NCBI GenBank assembly: GCA_964372275.1 | Contig: CAYJRR010000005.1 | Span: 1-64,000 of the forward strand | Direction of reading: 5' to 3' | DNA: 64,000 bases | Source: an uncultured bacterium | Lineage (GTDB): Bacteria > CAYJRR01 | Shown: positions 8,291-18,543 of the stretch, piece by piece | How the letters are laid out: each line of letters opens with the position of its first letter | Numbering within the stretch: the stretch's first letter is position 1 | The notes under the pieces: model-generated | What the model was told of the DNA's origin: nothing | Database searches by the model: none | The model's input: only the letters and a program-made list of their open reading frames with translations | Made by a program: the position numbers and the translations under genes

Positions 8291-9571
8291 ATGCGCGCGG
8301 TGAGCGCGGCCCGCCCCGTGACCGGTGAATCGCTGGCTCTCACCGGCGGGGTGGTGACCGAGCTTCGCTGGGCGGAGGACGGTCTCCAACTCGACGCGCG
8401 GACGGTGGTGATCGAAAACGGTCGGATCGCGCGCCTGCTCCTGCCCGGGGAGCCCCACGGCGCCGCGCGCGAGATCGACTGCGCCGGCGCCTTCGTCTTC
8501 GCGGGGCTGTGTTGCTCGCACCTGCGCTCGCCACGGGCGCTGCTGCCGGGCTTGCCGTTCCGCGGAAAGGGGGAGACGGAGCGGGCGCGCGCCGCGCGCT
8601 ACCTCGCCGGGCTCGACGGCGACTCGCTGTCGGCCGCGGCACGCGGGGCGGCGGCCGAGGCGGCGCTCGCGGGGACGACGCTGGTCTACGACCTCCTGGA
8701 GTGCCCGCGCGTGGAGGGGGCGATCGAGCGGGTGGCGGCGGCCTACGCCGAGGTCGGCCTGCGCGCCGTGCTCGCCCTCGACCTCTCCGGGCTCGGAATG
8801 GACGAGGCGCGCGGCGCGCTGGCCGGCCTCGCGCGCGCCGGGCGGACGCTCGACCCCGACCGGATCCGGTTGGGCGTCGGGATCGGCGATCCGTCCGAGT
8901 CGCCCTGGATCGCCGAGGCGGTCGCCGAAGCGCGGCGGGCCGAGCTGCCGATGCACATCGTCCTCGGAGGCGACGAGGAGTCCCGCCGGCGGATCGCCGA
9001 GCGGGGGGCCTACCGGCCGGGCTCGGTGGTGGTGGTACGCGCGGCGCTGGCCGACGAGGAGCGCGCGCTGCTGCGCGATCTCGGCGTCTGGATCGCGACC
9101 ACGCCACGCGCCGACGCGGCCGAGGGGATCGTTCCGCCATCGCTTCGGGGGGTGCTGGCGCGGACGACGCTCGGCGGGTGGATGGGGCGCGCCGATCTGT
9201 GGGTCGAGCGGCAGGTCGCCTTCGCCGCGCGCCGCGCGGTCGACCCGGCGTTCGACCGGATCCACTCCTGGGGGATGGTCGTCCGCGCGTGGGACCTCGC
9301 CGCGAGCACCTTCGGAGCCCCCTTCGGCCGGTTCCAGCCGGGGGCGCCCGCCGACGTCACCGTCGTCGACGCGCCGGGGTCGAGCCCGATGACCGCTCCC
9401 TCGCTCGGCGGCCACCTGGAGCGGATGTCGGATCGGCACGTGCGGCACGTCGTCGTGGCCGGCAAGCCGGTGGTGCTCGACGGCCGCCTGGCGCGCGCCG
9501 ACGAACGGGCGATCCGGGCCGCCGCGGCCGACCAGACGCGCCGCCTCTGGTCCCGTGCCGCCGTCGCATGA
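8291..9571 (+). CDS. SsnA-like amidohydrolase-fold protein with degenerate metal site
   Basis: AGTTLVYD, GRFQPGAPADV, VRHVVVAGKPVV; metal-binding motifs largely substituted; start uncertain. Confidence 0.7.
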   Translation: MRAVSAARPVTGESLALTGGVVTELRWAEDGLQLDARTVVIENGRIARLLLPGEPHGAAREIDCAGAFVFAGLCCSHLRSPRALLPGLPFRGKGETERARAARYLAGLDGDSLSAAARGAAAEAALAGTTLVYDLLECPRVEGAIERVAAAYAEVGLRAVLALDLSGLGMDEARGALAGLARAGRTLDPDRIRLGVGIGDPSESPWIAEAVAEARRAELPMHIVLGGDEESRRRIAERGAYRPGSVVVVRAALADEERALLRDLGVWIATTPRADAAEGIVPPSLRGVLARTTLGGWMGRADLWVERQVAFAARRAVDPAFDRIHSWGMVVRAWDLAASTFGAPFGRFQPGAPADVTVVDAPGSSPMTAPSLGGHLERMSDRHVRHVVVAGKPVVLDGRLARADERAIRAAAADQTRRLWSRAAVA

Positions 9572-10134
9572 TCTGCCCGGCCTGCCGGAAGAAGGTCCTC
9601 TTCGACGTGGTCGGCGACGACTGGTCGAAGCTCCACGACGGGACCTGGCTGCACGGCGGCCCGCCGCCCCCGCGGGGGGCGCTCGGCGACTGCCCGGCGT
9701 GCGGCGTGCGCCTGGCGTGGGAGGAGGGGGAGGAGCCCGGCGCGGACGAGGCGACGCCGCCGCGCGTCCACCTCTCGGCGATTCGCGCCACGCCGCGCCG
9801 CTTCGCCGGGCGCGAGCTGTCGCTCCGCGCGCTCCTGCTGTCGATCGACGGCCGGGCGCTCCTCTGCGAGTCGTGGCGGCTACGTCCCAAGGGCGGGCCG
9901 GCGGAGCACGACGCGGCGCTGGTCGCGCGTCTCCTGCGCGAGAACCGGCCGCCCCTCACCGCCCGCTTCGCGGACGACGCGATGGCCGAGCGCGTCGGGG
10001 CGGTCGCGAAGCGGTTGGCCCTCCCCGAGTCGCCCGCCGCCGCGTGGATCGAGGCCGACGGCCGCTTCGAGACGCGCGGACGTGCCGGGACGCTCACGAT
10101 CCAGCGCCTACGATCGGTTTGGCCCGCCGACTGA
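9568..10134 (+). CDS. Hypothetical protein with N-terminal CxxC...CxxC zinc ribbon
   Basis: ATGA overlap with upstream stop; CPAC...CPAC. Confidence 0.55.
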   Translation: MICPACRKKVLFDVVGDDWSKLHDGTWLHGGPPPPRGALGDCPACGVRLAWEEGEEPGADEATPPRVHLSAIRATPRRFAGRELSLRALLLSIDGRALLCESWRLRPKGGPAEHDAALVARLLRENRPPLTARFADDAMAERVGAVAKRLALPESPAAAWIEADGRFETRGRAGTLTIQRLRSVWPAD

Positions 10135-10166
10135 AGCTCTGGTAGGTTCGCCTGCCGGAGGAGCCC

Positions 10167-10718
10167 TTGATCGAAGAGTTCGTCATCTCCAGCCGCAACC
10201 GGGAGTTCCTTCCCGGTGAGAAGCTGCTCGCGGAGCTGTCGGCGAAGGGGTTCGAGCCGCAGATCGTCGGGGAGATCGATCCGCCGCCGAAGAACGGCGG
10301 CTCCTGGGTCCTGCGCGACAGGCGCGATCGGCGGCGGCACGAGGACGGCGGGGTCTGGTTCTCCTGGTCCCGGCCGCGCGGGTCGGAGGGGCGCAGCGGC
10401 TTCCCCACCCAATACGTCGTCGAGATCTTCGAAGGGCACAGCGGCTACGACTGGTTCCTGTCGATCGCGCTGGCCGGCCTGCTCGCGCAACACGGACGCG
10501 GCCGCATCAGCGTCGATGGCGGCGCCGAGAAGGAGTACGACTCCTTCGCGAACGAGATGCGAAAGGATCCGCAGACCGCCTTCCACGGCCCGGAGTCGGT
10601 GGTCGACTGGGAAGCGGCGAACCTCGAGGTCGAACCCGAGGAGGGGGAGGCACCGGAGCGGGCGGACGAAGGCGAGAGCGACGAAGACGATTCGGAGCCG
10701 GGCGGCGAGGACGAATAG
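10167..10718 (+). CDS. Hypothetical protein with acidic tail
   Basis: GGAGGAG RBS before TTG; protein-like composition; unknown function. Confidence 0.65.
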   Translation: MIEEFVISSRNREFLPGEKLLAELSAKGFEPQIVGEIDPPPKNGGSWVLRDRRDRRRHEDGGVWFSWSRPRGSEGRSGFPTQYVVEIFEGHSGYDWFLSIALAGLLAQHGRGRISVDGGAEKEYDSFANEMRKDPQTAFHGPESVVDWEAANLEVEPEEGEAPERADEGESDEDDSEPGGEDE

Positions 10719-10743
10719 CGTGGCGCGGACGGAACGACGGGGG

Positions 10744-13524
10744 ATGGCGAAGAAGACGAAGGCGACGAACGCGCCGAACGCGACGAACGCGGGGACGGCG
10801 CCGCTGATCCAGCGGATCGCGCGCCGGGCGTTCGTCCACGCCACGAAGATGATCTTCGACGCCAATCACCGCGACGACGCGGCGGAGGGCGATCCCAAAG
10901 TGGGCGGACACCCGGCCGCCTGCTCCAGCTCGATCCACATCCTGGCGGCGCTCCATCTCGGGATGCGTCGGGCGCAAGACCTCTTCGCGGTGAAGCCGCA
11001 CGCTTCGCCCGACGACCACGCGCTCAACCACCTGCTCGGGCTGATGCACGAGCCGTTCGGACGCCGGTGGCTCTCGGTCGAGGAGTCGAAGCAGGCCATG
11101 TCCCGGCTGCGCAAGTTCAGCCAGCAGGGGGAGCCGGTCTTCCAGAGCTACCACGCCGAATCCGATCCGGACGGAGATCCCTACCTTCCATCGGGCTCGG
11201 TCGGCATCCCGCCGGTGGTCTCGGTCTACACCGCGCTCGCCTACCGGTACGCGAAGGACCACGGACTGACCGTCCCCGAGGAGGCGACCTTCTGGTCGTT
11301 GATGGGCGACTCCGAGTTCCGCGAGGGGTCGCTGATGGAGGCGATGCCGGACGCCGCCGAGCGCGAGCTCGGGAACGTCATCTGGATCGTCGACTACAAC
11401 CGGCAGAACCTGGACGGGACGCGCATCCCCAATCCGCGCGGCCTGCACGGCAACGACGGGCAGCGGATGGGGCGGGTCGGCATCGCCAACGGCTGGGAGG
11501 TGATCCAGGTCGCCCACGGCTCGAAACGCTTGGGCCTGTTCGGCCGTCCCGGCGGGGAGGCGCTGAAGCGGCTGCTGGAGGGCGGTTTTTCCGACTACGA
11601 ATTCCAGATGCTGCTCCTCAAGAAGGACGGCGCGGTGGTGCGGAAGCGGCTGCTCGAGCTCGACCGCGCCGTGGGGCCCGTTCTCAAGGGTCTCACCGAC
11701 GATCGCCTCTACGAGGCGTTTGCCGACCTGGGCGGACACGACTGCGCGGTGCTGCTCGACGCCTTCGCGCGCGCGAAGAAGGACCCGCACACGCCGACGC
11801 TGGTCATCGCCCACACCATCAAGGGTTGGGGGCTGGAGATGTACGCCGCGCCGGGGAACCACTCGGCGCTCCCCGACGAGGAGGAGGTCGACCGGCTGCT
11901 CGCGAGCGAGGGGCTCTCCAAGGAGGACCCGTTCGCGCCGTTCCCCCCCGACTCGCTCGAGGGGAGCTTCCTCTCCACCCGCGGCCGCGAGCTGCGCGAG
12001 GGGATCGAATCGATCTGGGCCCTCAAGGACCGGAACGCCGATCAGTTCCAAAAACGCGTCGACGAGGTCGGCGGGCTCCCCGACACGATCGGCGTCGACC
12101 TGAAGCTCCTGCCGTTGGTCCACACCCAGTACGTGTGGGGCCAGCTCGCGGCGAAGCTGATCCGGATCGGCAACCGCCACGAGACGCACCGCAAGACCGG
12201 CGTCGCGGCGAAGGAGCTGACCCCCGACGAGCGGCGCTGGGGTCCGGCGGCCGACCTGGTGCTGACGATGGCGCCGGACGTCGGTACCTCCACCAACATC
12301 AACCCGGCGATGGACGAGCGGATCTACGGTCCCGACCAGCCGGACTACGAGCAGGAGCTGGGGCTGCGAGACCGGCGGCGGCCCGGTTTGACGCCGCACG
12401 AGGAGGCGTGGACGCGGCACATCCGGTTCGAGATCGCCGAGGCGAACTGCATGTCGGCGGTCGGGGCGTTCGGCAAGCTCAAGGACCGCGTCGGCATCCC
12501 GTTCCTGCCGGTCATGACGATCTACGACTTCTTCATCAAACGGGCCTTCGACCAGCTCTACTACAACCTCTACTGGCGGTCGGGGTTCGTGGTGATCGGA
12601 ACGCCGTCGGGGGTGACGCTGTCGCCGGAAGGGGCGCAGCACTCCTGGAAGAGCGACATCCAGATGCCGAACCTGATCACCTGGGAGCCGTACTACCCGA
12701 TCGAGGTCGACTGGATCCTCTCCGAGTCGGTCCGCCGCCACTACCTCGGCGAGAACGAGGGGCGCTCCGGCGTCCTGATCCGCGGGGTGACCAAAGCGAT
12801 TCGTCACGCCGAGATGCTCAAGCGCCTGAAGGGGGCGGCGCGGTTCGAAGGACGGTCCGATCCGGAGATCCTGGAGGCGACGCGCCGGGACGCGCTCGCC
12901 GGCGCCTACTACCTCGTCGATTGGCGCGGGGCAGCCGACTATCGGCCGGGAGACAACGTGGTGAACCTCTTCGCCATGGGGGCGATGGGGGCGGAGGCGC
13001 TCAAGGCCACCGACCGACTGCGGGCCGAGGGGATCTTCGCCAACGTGATCGTGGTGACCAGCGCCGACCTCCTCTGCGGGAACCTGGCCCACGCCGACGG
13101 CTACCGCCACCTGCGCGAGGGGCTCGCAATCGACGGAACGCTCCATCTCCAGCGTGGCGGTGGCAACGGCCACGCCGTGCCGGCGATCGACGGTCCGGCG
13201 GATCTCGTCACCCTTGCCGGGCGCCGCGTGCCGATCGTGACGGTCGTCGACGGAGAGCCGGGGCTGCTCGACAACCTCGGCAGCGTCGTCGGGGTGAAGT
13301 CGGAGGACCTGGCGGTGCGCAAGGCGTCGAAGTCGGGACGTCCGGTCGACGTCTTCCACTACCTGCACCTCGACGCCGACGCAATCCACGAGGCGTGCGG
13401 CAAGGTGCTGTCCGAGACCGCGCTGGAGCAGGTGCGGGTCGCCCGCGACGTCGCGGAGACGTTCGCCGGCGCGGCGCCCCGGCCGGCGGTGACCGCCGAG
13501 GAGCTCTGGCCTCCGCGGCGATAG
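10744..13524 (+). CDS. aceE: Pyruvate/2-oxoacid dehydrogenase E1, homodimeric AceE type
   Basis: KVGGH, QSYH, GDSE...NRQNLDG ThDP motif, AHTIKG, EIAEAN, GVTLSPEGAQH. Confidence 0.85.
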   Translation: MAKKTKATNAPNATNAGTAPLIQRIARRAFVHATKMIFDANHRDDAAEGDPKVGGHPAACSSSIHILAALHLGMRRAQDLFAVKPHASPDDHALNHLLGLMHEPFGRRWLSVEESKQAMSRLRKFSQQGEPVFQSYHAESDPDGDPYLPSGSVGIPPVVSVYTALAYRYAKDHGLTVPEEATFWSLMGDSEFREGSLMEAMPDAAERELGNVIWIVDYNRQNLDGTRIPNPRGLHGNDGQRMGRVGIANGWEVIQVAHGSKRLGLFGRPGGEALKRLLEGGFSDYEFQMLLLKKDGAVVRKRLLELDRAVGPVLKGLTDDRLYEAFADLGGHDCAVLLDAFARAKKDPHTPTLVIAHTIKGWGLEMYAAPGNHSALPDEEEVDRLLASEGLSKEDPFAPFPPDSLEGSFLSTRGRELREGIESIWALKDRNADQFQKRVDEVGGLPDTIGVDLKLLPLVHTQYVWGQLAAKLIRIGNRHETHRKTGVAAKELTPDERRWGPAADLVLTMAPDVGTSTNINPAMDERIYGPDQPDYEQELGLRDRRRPGLTPHEEAWTRHIRFEIAEANCMSAVGAFGKLKDRVGIPFLPVMTIYDFFIKRAFDQLYYNLYWRSGFVVIGTPSGVTLSPEGAQHSWKSDIQMPNLITWEPYYPIEVDWILSESVRRHYLGENEGRSGVLIRGVTKAIRHAEMLKRLKGAARFEGRSDPEILEATRRDALAGAYYLVDWRGAADYRPGDNVVNLFAMGAMGAEALKATDRLRAEGIFANVIVVTSADLLCGNLAHADGYRHLREGLAIDGTLHLQRGGGNGHAVPAIDGPADLVTLAGRRVPIVTVVDGEPGLLDNLGSVVGVKSEDLAVRKASKSGRPVDVFHYLHLDADAIHEACGKVLSETALEQVRVARDVAETFAGAAPRPAVTAEELWPPRR

Positions 13525-13685
13525 CCCGTCGCGATCGGGGTGGATAGCGCCTGTGCCGTGACCGTCGCGATGGGACCGGCGCGGGTCAATTCTGAGCGGT
13601 AGATCAGTCCGGCGACGATCGACGGGAGCGTCCGGACCGACGTAGATTCAAGGGGATGGACGGCACCTCCGCCGGCCGCAGCACC

Positions 13686-13701
13686 CGGCGCGGCTCTTGC
13701 T
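13686..13701 (+). promoter_or_regulatory. Putative sigma54 promoter
   Basis: CGGCGCGGCTCTTGCT (GG-N10-GC) about 30 bp before the ATG of the lipoprotein gene. Confidence 0.5.
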
Positions 13702-13730
13702 CCTGCGGCCGGCCGACTTCGGAGGATCCC

Positions 13731-14303
13731 ATGAACGACCGCGCCCTCACCGCCTCGCTGATCGTCTTCGCCCTGCTCGTTCCTCCCGCCTTCTCCGCGT
13801 GCGAAGGGGGGCCGGTCGAAGGGAACTCGATCGAGGCCAGTGGCGACGACGACGACACCGCGGGGGACGACGACGACGACGACGGCGCGGGCGATGACGA
13901 CGACGACACGCCGCCGCCGTCCGGAACGGTCGTCGACCAGGAGCCGAACAACACCGAAGAGGAGGCGCAGGCGATCTCCGGCTCGGGGGCGCGCTCGATC
14001 GAAGGGACGTGCGGCGCCTACGACGAGGAGAACGGCGGCGACGGTGACTACTACGTGGTCGAAGCCGGAGCCGGCACCCTCTCCGTGTCGCTCGCCTGGG
14101 ACGATTCCCAGGAGGCCGATCTCGATCTGATGGTCTTCGACGCCGACTACACCGTCGAGGCGTACGACGACGGAGTCCCGCCCGAGGACAGCCCGGCGGA
14201 GCTCACCGTCGAGCTCGAGAGCCCGATGAGCCTCTACGTGATCGTCAGCTGCTACTCCGCCCCCGAAGGGCAGACCTACGACGCCACGGTGCAGATCCCG
14301 TAG
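13731..14303 (+). CDS. Acidic lipoprotein with poly-Asp linker and PPC-like beta-sandwich
   Basis: GGAGG RBS, lipobox-like FSAC, EPNNT...DYY...LAW...DLDL. Confidence 0.75.
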   Translation: MNDRALTASLIVFALLVPPAFSACEGGPVEGNSIEASGDDDDTAGDDDDDDGAGDDDDDTPPPSGTVVDQEPNNTEEEAQAISGSGARSIEGTCGAYDEENGGDGDYYVVEAGAGTLSVSLAWDDSQEADLDLMVFDADYTVEAYDDGVPPEDSPAELTVELESPMSLYVIVSCYSAPEGQTYDATVQIP

Positions 14304-14351
14304 CCTCGTTCGATCCCGACACCATCGTAAAAGCCTGTCGGCGGAGGGGCC

Positions 14352-14858
14352 GTGGGCGCGACGGACGGGCGGTCGGTGGAGCGGCTGCGCGAGCTGCTCG
14401 AACTCGAGTGCGAGGCGGTGCGGCTCTACGACCGGGTCCTGCCGGGGATGGACCTCCCCGGCCCGGCCGACCAGGTCGCCCAGTTCCGCAACGAGCACCG
14501 GCAACACGTCGAGATCCTTTCGGAGTCGCTCGACCGGCTGGGCGCCCATGCCGAGAGACCGTCCTTCGATCCGGCCGCCCGCTACGAGCCGCCGGGCTCG
14601 CCCCATGGAACGCGCGACGGTCTCCACGCCGCGCGCCGGATCGAGACCCGGACGGGGCTCGCGTGGACGCGCGTCCGCTCCCGCCGGCTGCCCCCCGCGA
14701 TCGCCGCCCTGGCGAAACGGTTTCACGCCGACGAGCGGCGCCACCTGCGCTTCGTCGAGGCGTTGATCGACCGACGCGTCTGGGAGCGCGCCGCGCTGTG
14801 GCCGGAGCTCTCCCCGTCCGAGGTCGAAGGGAGCCGCCCGCGCGAGTCGGAGCCGTAG
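14352..14858 (+). CDS. Ferritin-like domain protein
   Basis: LLELExxAxxxY, EHxxH, DERRH four-helix pattern. Confidence 0.6.
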   Translation: MGATDGRSVERLRELLELECEAVRLYDRVLPGMDLPGPADQVAQFRNEHRQHVEILSESLDRLGAHAERPSFDPAARYEPPGSPHGTRDGLHAARRIETRTGLAWTRVRSRRLPPAIAALAKRFHADERRHLRFVEALIDRRVWERAALWPELSPSEVEGSRPRESEP

Positions 14859-14957
14859 CCGGCGACTCGACCGTGTCGTCGTCGGCGCCCGCGCGGCGCG
14901 CCGGATCGTTGTGGGATAATCCGCGATGCGGCGGAGTTCGGTCCGGGGGAGGGGTCG

Positions 14958-16202
14958 ATGCGACGAGGGCTGGTCGTACTCGCGGCGGCGCTGTCGGTCG
15001 GGGGCTGCATCCCCTACAAGACCGGCTACCGGATCGACCCGAGGAGCCAAAAGGTCTTTACGCGCCCCGCGCCGGGGAAGGAAACGGTCGGCGGCTACCA
15101 GCTCGCGATCACCGGCGCGCCGACCGCCGCCAATCCGGCGGCGCCGATCTCGGTGAGCGCGCTCGAAGTCTGGTCGGCCGCGGAGCAGGAGGTGACGACG
15201 GCGCAGGAGCACCGTTACCGACGCTACTGGAGCCCGTTCCTGATCCCGGTGGGGATCTTCATGACCGTCTTTCCGATCACCCACGTGGTGATCTGCGCCG
15301 GGGTTGAGGGGCCGAAGTACTTTTCGTTCAAGGACAACGAACGCAACTCCTGTCCGGAGCCCAACGTCGGCCTGCGACACTGGTTGGGGATGGCGGTCGG
15401 CATCGCGCCGCCATTCAAGGCTTGTTACGAGCCGCTCGACAGCCGCCCGTACGAGCGGGTTCGCTCCACCGGCAAGACGTTGTCCGGGACGCGCCCGCTC
15501 CTCAAGTCGGCGACGATCCGCACCACGCTCGTTTCGAACGCCGGCGCGCGCGTCGTGATCGCCGACGGCCCCTTTCCGCTCGATCAGTGGGGCGGGAACT
15601 TCCAGCTGGGTGGGATCGGAGTCCAATTCGGGCAGTTTCCGCAGACGCCTGCGTCGGTGACGATCCGTCAGGAGCTGCTCGCGCCGGGTACCGCCGTGGC
15701 CGAGGCGACGCTCGACGCCGCCACCTGCGAAGCGCTCCATCGGCCGTGGCGTGATCGCTGGGCGAGCGAGGCGGCGGAGAAGGCGGCGGCCGCGGCGGAA
15801 TCGGCCGGCGACCTCGCCGGGGCGCTCGCGCGCGCGTCGGAGGCGTTCGCGCTCGCGGTGGCGACCGACCGCGAAGCCGGGCTCTGGAAGCGGGTGGCCG
15901 ACCTCTATCGCCGTCGCCCGGGCGAGCCCGCGGTTCCGGAGGCGGCGCGCAAGCTCCTGGTGCAGGCCGAGCACTTCATGGGGACGAACGACCCGGCGTC
16001 GGCGCGTCGCGCGCAGGCCGACGCGGTTCGCCAGGTGCCCTGGCTACCGGTCGGCCACTACAACCTCGCCTTCGCGCACGCCGCGCTGAAGGAGTTCCCG
16101 CAGGCGATCGCCGAGATGCGGCGCTACCTCGAGCTCGAGCCGGCCAGCCCCGAGGCGGCGGCGTTGCAGGACCAGATCTATCGATGGGAGACGGGGCGAT
16201 GA
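14958..16202 (+). CDS. Lipoprotein with C-terminal TPR
   Basis: Lipobox VGGC; PWLPVGHYNLA...RRYLELEP. Confidence 0.7.
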   Translation: MRRGLVVLAAALSVGGCIPYKTGYRIDPRSQKVFTRPAPGKETVGGYQLAITGAPTAANPAAPISVSALEVWSAAEQEVTTAQEHRYRRYWSPFLIPVGIFMTVFPITHVVICAGVEGPKYFSFKDNERNSCPEPNVGLRHWLGMAVGIAPPFKACYEPLDSRPYERVRSTGKTLSGTRPLLKSATIRTTLVSNAGARVVIADGPFPLDQWGGNFQLGGIGVQFGQFPQTPASVTIRQELLAPGTAVAEATLDAATCEALHRPWRDRWASEAAEKAAAAAESAGDLAGALARASEAFALAVATDREAGLWKRVADLYRRRPGEPAVPEAARKLLVQAEHFMGTNDPASARRAQADAVRQVPWLPVGHYNLAFAHAALKEFPQAIAEMRRYLELEPASPEAAALQDQIYRWETGR

Positions 16203-17230
16203 GACGCGGTGCCACCTCTTGGATCGCGTTCGCGATCGGATCGCTGCCACTGCTGGCCTGGGCGATCTGCTGGTGCGGCGCCACGCACAGCGGTCCGGCC
16301 GACTACTGCGCCGCGCATCCCGGCGATGCGAACTGCGGCGGAGGCGGCGGGGTGTTCATTCCCAACTTCGGATCCGGACAGCAGGACGAGGAGCGCCGCC
16401 GCCGGGAGCGGGAGGCGCAACAGCAGGCGGAGCGCGAGCGGGCGCGCCTGGAGGAGGAGCGGCGCAAGGCCGACGAGGAGCGCGCGCGGCAGGAGGCGAT
16501 CCGTCGCGAAGAGGAGCGGATCGAGCGCGAGCGCCGGGAGGCGCTGCGTCGCGAGGAGGAGGCCCGCCGCGAAGCGGAACAACGCGCCCGCAGCGCCGAG
16601 GCGCGCTCGAAGATGAAGTCGGTCGGTGCGAGCGGCACCGGCTGGAAGCCGCAGAACGGCGCGGGGACGCCCGGCTGGGCCGCGCAAAGCGGCGGCACGC
16701 TGAAGCCGTTCCCGTCGCCGAGTCCCGGGGGCGTCGAGCTCGACGGGGAGGCCGAACGGTCCCACCGCAAACAGAGCGACGGTTGGGACTCGACCGGCAA
16801 GATCCCGGGAAAGAGGGGCTCGCTCACCCCGCCGGAGGCGGGGATCACCAACCAACGGCCGGCCGTCCCGCCTCCGACCAAGCCGCTCGTCGAGATGAAC
16901 GCCGAGGAGTTGATGCAGCTCGAGGACCAGTTCCTGGTACACATCGACCAGAACGTGAAGGGTCCGGTGAAGCAGGAGGTCTCACCCCATGTCGACGCGC
17001 TGAAAGAGCAGCGCCGCAAGCGCGAGGCGGCGGAGCGTGCGCTGGCCGAGGCGGAGCGCAAGGTGGAACAGGCGCGCGACCAGGCGGCGTTGGAGGAGCT
17101 GCGCCGGCAGATCCGGGCCGAGAGCAAGCGCGCGAGCGACGCGCTCGCCGCCGAGAAGAAGAAGATGTTCGAGATCATCGACGTGCTCGACCGGGGCGGG
17201 CGCGCGGCGGCGCCGCCGGCGCCGCGCTGA
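16199..17230 (+). CDS. Secreted coiled-coil hypothetical protein
   Basis: ATGA overlap; signal-like N-terminus, four-Cys motif, E/R-rich coiled coils. Confidence 0.65.
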   Translation: MRRGATSWIAFAIGSLPLLAWAICWCGATHSGPADYCAAHPGDANCGGGGGVFIPNFGSGQQDEERRRREREAQQQAERERARLEEERRKADEERARQEAIRREEERIERERREALRREEEARREAEQRARSAEARSKMKSVGASGTGWKPQNGAGTPGWAAQSGGTLKPFPSPSPGGVELDGEAERSHRKQSDGWDSTGKIPGKRGSLTPPEAGITNQRPAVPPPTKPLVEMNAEELMQLEDQFLVHIDQNVKGPVKQEVSPHVDALKEQRRKREAAERALAEAERKVEQARDQAALEELRRQIRAESKRASDALAAEKKKMFEIIDVLDRGGRAAAPPAPR

Positions 17231-17234
17231 CGGC

Positions 17235-18533
17235 ATGCGAACGCCGCTCCACATGCGCATTCTGGTCGGGTTCGCGGTCGGCGCGGCGGCGGGGGTGACG
17301 GCGCACGCGGCCGGCGCGGGGACGGCGGTCGAGTGGGTGGTGGCGAACCTGACCGAGCCGGCGGGGAAGCTGTTCCTGCGGGCGTTACTCCTGACGGTGG
17401 TGCCGCTCGTCTTCTCCTCGCTGGTGCTCGGCGTGACCGGACTCGGGGACCTTCGAAAGCTCGGGCGGGTGGGGGCCAAGACGGTCGCCTACACGCTGGT
17501 GGTCAGCTCGGTCTCGGTCCTGGTCGGGTTCGCCGCCGCCAACGGCGTCCGTCCGGGGGAGCGGCTCGACCCCGAGGTGCGGGCGCGGCTGGTGGCGCGC
17601 TACGAGGGGAAGGCCGGGGAGATCGCGGCCAAGGCGGCCTCCGAGCGCCGCGGCGTCGGCGCCGCGATCGTGGAGATCCTCCCGGAGAACCCCCTCGCCG
17701 CCGCGGCAAAAACGCCGCCCGACATGCTGGGGCTGATGCTCTTCTCGGTCTTCTTCGGCGTCGGCCTGGCGCTTCTCGCCCCGGAGCGCGCGCGGCCGCT
17801 GCTTTCCGTGCTGGAGGCGGTGTTCGACGCCACCTCCGCGATGATCCGCCTGGTGATGTGGATCGCGCCGTTCGGCGTCGCCTGCCTCCTTTTCACCATG
17901 ACTGCGCGCTTCGGGTTCGAGCTGCTCCGTTCGCTCGGGGCCTACGTGCTGACGGTGCTGGCGGCGCTCGCCTTCCACCAGTTGGTCGTCTATTCCGCGA
18001 TCTTGCGGGGGCTGGCGGGGGTCTCGCCGCTCGCCTTCTTCCGGCGGATCCGGGAGGTGATGCTCACCGCCTTCTCCACCTCCTCCTCGAACGCGACGCT
18101 GCCGACCGCCCTCAAGGCGAGCGAGGAAGCGCTCGGCGTGCCGCGCGAGATCGGAAGCTTCGTCCTGACCGTCGGCGCGACCGCGAACCAGAACGGGACG
18201 GCGCTGTTCGAAGGGGTGACGATCCTCTTCCTCGCACAGGTGTTCGGCCAGGACTTGGGCGTGGCGCAGCAGATCCTGGTGCTGGTGCTGGCGGTGGTGA
18301 GCGGCATCGGGACCGCCGGCGTTCCCTCGGGCTCGATCCCTTTCGTCGCCGCCGTGCTGGCGATGGTCGGGATCCCGGTCGAAGGGATCGCGATCATCCT
18401 CGGCGTCGACCGCCTGCTCGACATGTGCCGCACCGTCCTGAACGTGACGGGCGATCTGGTCTGCGCCGTCGTCGTTGCCCGCAGCGAAGGGGCGCCGGTC
18501 ATGGCGGCATCGCCCGGTGGCGCCGCTCGATAA
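17235..18533 (+). CDS. Dicarboxylate/amino acid:cation symporter (GltP/DAACS)
   Basis: AFSTSSSNATLP, GATANQNGTAL, GVDRLLDMCRT. Confidence 0.93.
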   Translation: MRTPLHMRILVGFAVGAAAGVTAHAAGAGTAVEWVVANLTEPAGKLFLRALLLTVVPLVFSSLVLGVTGLGDLRKLGRVGAKTVAYTLVVSSVSVLVGFAAANGVRPGERLDPEVRARLVARYEGKAGEIAAKAASERRGVGAAIVEILPENPLAAAAKTPPDMLGLMLFSVFFGVGLALLAPERARPLLSVLEAVFDATSAMIRLVMWIAPFGVACLLFTMTARFGFELLRSLGAYVLTVLAALAFHQLVVYSAILRGLAGVSPLAFFRRIREVMLTAFSTSSSNATLPTALKASEEALGVPREIGSFVLTVGATANQNGTALFEGVTILFLAQVFGQDLGVAQQILVLVLAVVSGIGTAGVPSGSIPFVAAVLAMVGIPVEGIAIILGVDRLLDMCRTVLNVTGDLVCAVVVARSEGAPVMAASPGGAAR

Positions 18534-18543
18534 CGGAACCCGG

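Noticed and set aside
13840-13910. GACGAC trinucleotide runs
   Set aside because: Simply encode the poly-Asp linker of a lipoprotein
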